Shown in pieces: positions 7,947 to 10,552 of a DNA stretch of 10,552 nucleotides (position 1 is its first letter; every line of letters starts with the position of its first letter). Position numbers and translations under genes: made by a program. Source of the stretch: Candidatus Dadabacteria bacterium (lineage in GTDB: Bacteria > Desulfobacterota_D > UBA1144 > Nemesobacterales > CSP1-2); NCBI GenBank assembly GCA_040289575.1, contig PSLL01000018.1, positions 9,553 to 20,104 of the forward strand, read 5' to 3'. Below the pieces are notes generated by a model, which was given only the letters and a program-made list of their open reading frames with translations, was not told where the DNA came from and did not search any database.

Positions 7947-8095
7947 TTTTCTATACAGCTGGTCACGTCTATAAAATGAGGGTTGATTTCTTATACTCTA
8001 TATCGGCAAATACCAATAAAATTCAAGGGAATTTTGGGTATTTTCTGATCATTACTACTCCATTACCCATTATTTGAGATAATCAACTTTTCCCC

Positions 8096-8133
8096 TTGAC
8101 AACCTTTCTCTATGGATTAAGTTGTTAACTTAA
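8096..8133 (+). promoter_or_regulatory. Probable sigma70 promoter of the ABC operon with an overlapping palindrome
   Basis: TTGACA 8096-8101, 16-nt spacer, TAAGTT 8118-8123. The palindrome TTAAGTT-gtt-AACTTAA spans 8117-8133. Confidence 0.45.
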
Positions 8134-8156
8134 ATTTTAGAAATTCATTTTGAAAT

Positions 8157-9083
8157 ATGATAGAGGTTCAAAATCTTACCAAGCGCTACGGCAATCTGGT
8201 TGCCGTAGATAACGTATCTTTCCGAGTAGAGCACGGAGAGATCCTCGGTTTTCTTGGCCCAAACGGCGCTGGGAAAACCACTACAATGCGGATTATTACA
8301 GGATACATGCCTCCTACGGATGGATCAGTTCGCGTAGCCGACTTTGATGTTTTGGAAAATCCGATGAAGGCAAAAAGACTCATAGGGTATCTGCCAGAGA
8401 ATCCCCCCCTGTATAACGATATGACCGTTGAGGGGTATCTCGATTTTGTTGCTGATCTAAAAAGGGTGTCCAAGAAGGATAAGAAGAGAAAAGTCGATAT
8501 TGCGATGGAAAGGTGCGGAATTGCGAATGTGAGGAAACGTCTTATTGGGAACCTCTCTAAGGGATACAGACAGCGTATTGGTATTGCTCAGGCAATAGTG
8601 CACGACCCGGTAGTTCTTGTGCTTGATGAACCTACAATCGGACTTGACCCAAAGCAAATTATAGAGATCCGTCATCTTATAAAAAGCCTTGCGGGGGAGC
8701 GCACGGTTGTCCTTAGCACGCACATACTTCCAGAGGTTACAATGGTATGTACAAGGGTTGTAATAATCAACGAAGGGAGGATTGTTTTAGAAGAATCGCT
8801 TGATAGAATCTCAGAGAGGGTAGGAGGCGCGCAGGTTTTATTTCTTAAAATCAACTATAGGAATGATGAAGTTAGAGAGAAAATCCTATCCCTTGACCAT
8901 GTATCTCATGTTACTGAGAATGCCTCCGGGGAATTTATAATTCGGACAAAAGGCACGGCAGATATTAGGGAGGAACTGGCAAAAACCATTGTTCAAAATG
9001 GATGGGGACTCCTTGAGATGCGTCCGCTCACACATACGCTCGAAGATGTGTTTCTTAAGGTTATTTCAACCGAGGGGGAATAG
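8157..9083 (+). CDS. ABC transporter ATP-binding protein (ABC-2 type, GldA-like)
   Basis: Walker A GPNGAGKTT, Q-loop region GYLPENPPLY, signature LSKGYRQR, Walker B VLVLDEP, H-loop STH, C-terminal TLEDVFL. Confidence 0.97.
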   Translation: MIEVQNLTKRYGNLVAVDNVSFRVEHGEILGFLGPNGAGKTTTMRIITGYMPPTDGSVRVADFDVLENPMKAKRLIGYLPENPPLYNDMTVEGYLDFVADLKRVSKKDKKRKVDIAMERCGIANVRKRLIGNLSKGYRQRIGIAQAIVHDPVVLVLDEPTIGLDPKQIIEIRHLIKSLAGERTVVLSTHILPEVTMVCTRVVIINEGRIVLEESLDRISERVGGAQVLFLKINYRNDEVREKILSLDHVSHVTENASGEFIIRTKGTADIREELAKTIVQNGWGLLEMRPLTHTLEDVFLKVISTEGE

Positions 9084-9836
9084 ATGAAGGCAATTTTTAC
9101 TATACTAAAAAGGGAACTCAAATCCTATTTTGCTTCTCCCGTTGCATACATTATTTTAGTCGTATTTCTTGTTCTCTCCGGGATATTTTTTTTCTTTTAT
9201 CTCGAGAGCTTTATTAAATCTCAATTTGATCCGAGATTCCAGTTGTTTAGAGAAAAACTCAATCTGAATGAATTTGTAATTCGTCCCTACTTTGGCACGA
9301 TAAGCGTAGTGCTTCTCTTTATAATTCCGCTTATTACGATGAGGCTTATTGCAGAAGAGAGAAAGAATTTTACAGCGGAGCTTCTTTTTACATTACCCGT
9401 GAGGGTCTCGCAGATTGTTCTTGGAAAATTTCTTGCCTCTTTCTCTCTCTTTGCCATTATGTTGGTTCTCTCTGCTATTTATCTGGTTGTTCTTAGAGTC
9501 TATGGGAATCCGGACTTAGGTCCCGTGCTCTCGGCGTATTTGGGACTTTTTCTTTTGGGTGGAAGCCTAATATCCGCAGGGCTTTTTGCCTCTTCCCTTA
9601 CGGAGAATCAGATAGTAGCCGCCGTGATTTCCTTCGGAATTCTGCTCGTTTTTTGGATACTCGGGGCATCATCCGACGCCGATAATTCCATATTGGGATA
9701 CATTTCGATAATTAACCACTTTGATAATTTTACCAAAGGTGTAATTGCCCTGAGAGATACGATCTACTATCTCTCTTTTGTATTTTTTGGACTCTTTCTC
9801 ACTTATATCATGGTTGAGTCTGAGAGGTGGAGATGA
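9084..9836 (+). CDS. ABC-2 type transporter permease (GldF-like)
   Basis: Six hydrophobic segments, with RELKSYFASPVAY, PLITMRLIAEERK..T.ELLFTLP, GKFLA and SSLTENQIVAA. Directly abuts the upstream stop (TAGATG). Confidence 0.95.
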   Translation: MKAIFTILKRELKSYFASPVAYIILVVFLVLSGIFFFFYLESFIKSQFDPRFQLFREKLNLNEFVIRPYFGTISVVLLFIIPLITMRLIAEERKNFTAELLFTLPVRVSQIVLGKFLASFSLFAIMLVLSAIYLVVLRVYGNPDLGPVLSAYLGLFLLGGSLISAGLFASSLTENQIVAAVISFGILLVFWILGASSDADNSILGYISIINHFDNFTKGVIALRDTIYYLSFVFFGLFLTYIMVESERWR

Positions 9837-10552
9837 GTAAAAAGCGATTTCTCCTCTACGGAGCCAACGCATTCATATTTACTCTGGTAATTCTTGGAAT
9901 TCTTGTGGCTTTAAACTACTGGGCATTTAAGCGTGATAGCAGATTTGACGTTACTCAAGAGAAACTATATTCGCTTTCGGATCAGACAATTAAGGTGCTA
10001 AAGGACTTGGATAAAAACATAGAGATTCTGGCTTTTTTTAAGGAAGTCGGCCCCGATAGAAAAGAGTTTCAAGACCTGATAAATGGATACACGAGAAGGA
10101 CGGGAGAAATAAGAGTGCGATTTATTGATCCCGATAAGGAGCCTGGGATTGCAAGGAAATACGATGTCAATGAGTACGGAACGGCGGTGCTCATAAGCAA
10201 TAACCAAAATGTAAAGGTAAAGTTGGCAGATCCTATATCGGGGGGAATTGTAGATAATGCCGAGGAAGAGATTACAAATGCAATCATAAAATTATCCAAG
10301 GGTATAAAGGAGACCGCTTACTTTCTTTCCGGTCATGGAGAAAGGAATATTCAGAATGAGTCAGAACCGGAAGGCTTTGGAAGATTAAAGCACTCCCTTG
10401 AGGATGAATCTTATAATGTCAAAGAATTAGTGCTTCTAAAAGAGCAGAGTATTCCAAAAGAGAATTCGGTGCTTGTTGTTGCTGGTCCTAAGAAGTCGTT
10501 GGACCCCAGCGAGATAGAGATTATCAAGAAGTATCTTGACAGCGGCGGAAAA
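9833..10552 (+). CDS. GldG-family / ABC transporter auxiliary (GIFT-domain) protein, 3'-truncated by the window edge
   Basis: Absent from the ORF track because it has no stop in the window. ATG 9833 overlaps the permease stop (ATGA). Translation: MSKKRFLLYGANAFIFTLVILGILVALNY (one TM)...RFDVTQEKLYSLSDQT...FIDPDKEP...EEEITNAI...YFLSGHGE...LVVAGPK...YLDSGGK; 240 open codons. Confidence 0.93.
   Translation, partial: MSKKRFLLYGANAFIFTLVILGILVALNYWAFKRDSRFDVTQEKLYSLSDQTIKVLKDLDKNIEILAFFKEVGPDRKEFQDLINGYTRRTGEIRVRFIDPDKEPGIARKYDVNEYGTAVLISNNQNVKVKLADPISGGIVDNAEEEITNAIIKLSKGIKETAYFLSGHGERNIQNESEPEGFGRLKHSLEDESYNVKELVLLKEQSIPKENSVLVVAGPKKSLDPSEIEIIKKYLDSGGK

Noticed and set aside
8050..8074. CATTA repeated three times
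   Set aside because: Irregular spacing and low complexity.
7844..8077. 77-aa plus-strand ORF
   Set aside because: Lies in the AT-rich divergent promoter region with no recognisable features.
316..10299. Short antisense or off-frame ORFs inside topA, the SnoaL gene, recG, htpX, the DsrE gene, the delta-60 gene and the ABC genes
   Set aside because: Shadow ORFs of confidently identified genes with no independent motifs.
1..10552. CRISPR array, tRNA/rRNA, riboswitch, retron or defence-system components
   Set aside because: No regularly spaced repeats, cloverleaf, recognisable riboswitch consensus, or RT/nuclease motifs were seen by eye. An Infernal/Rfam scan of the intergenic regions would be the decisive test.

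Overview
A moderately AT-rich bacterial chromosomal window, mostly housekeeping genes around a small, partly decayed accessory islet. The + strand carries a 5'-truncated DNA topoisomerase I (topA), a SnoaL/NTF2-like protein, RecG with an N-terminal extension, and the membrane protease HtpX. An ~2 kb islet follows (about 6145-8100). It holds a probable decayed IS5-family transposase fragment, a minus-strand DsrE/DsrF(YchN)-like CxxC protein, and a minus-strand secreted protein with two delta-60 (DUF5122-like) repeats plus a carboxypeptidase-regulatory/Cna-B-like domain split by a 1-nt frameshift that the ORF track misses. The window ends in a translationally coupled GldA/GldF/GldG-like ABC transporter operon, whose third gene runs off the end. 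Intergenic DNA holds REP-like palindromes on both sides of recG, sigma70-like promoters and several operator-like repeats. I see no convincing novel multi-gene system; the most notable items are the frameshifted two-repeat secreted protein, the IS remnant and the cis-elements.
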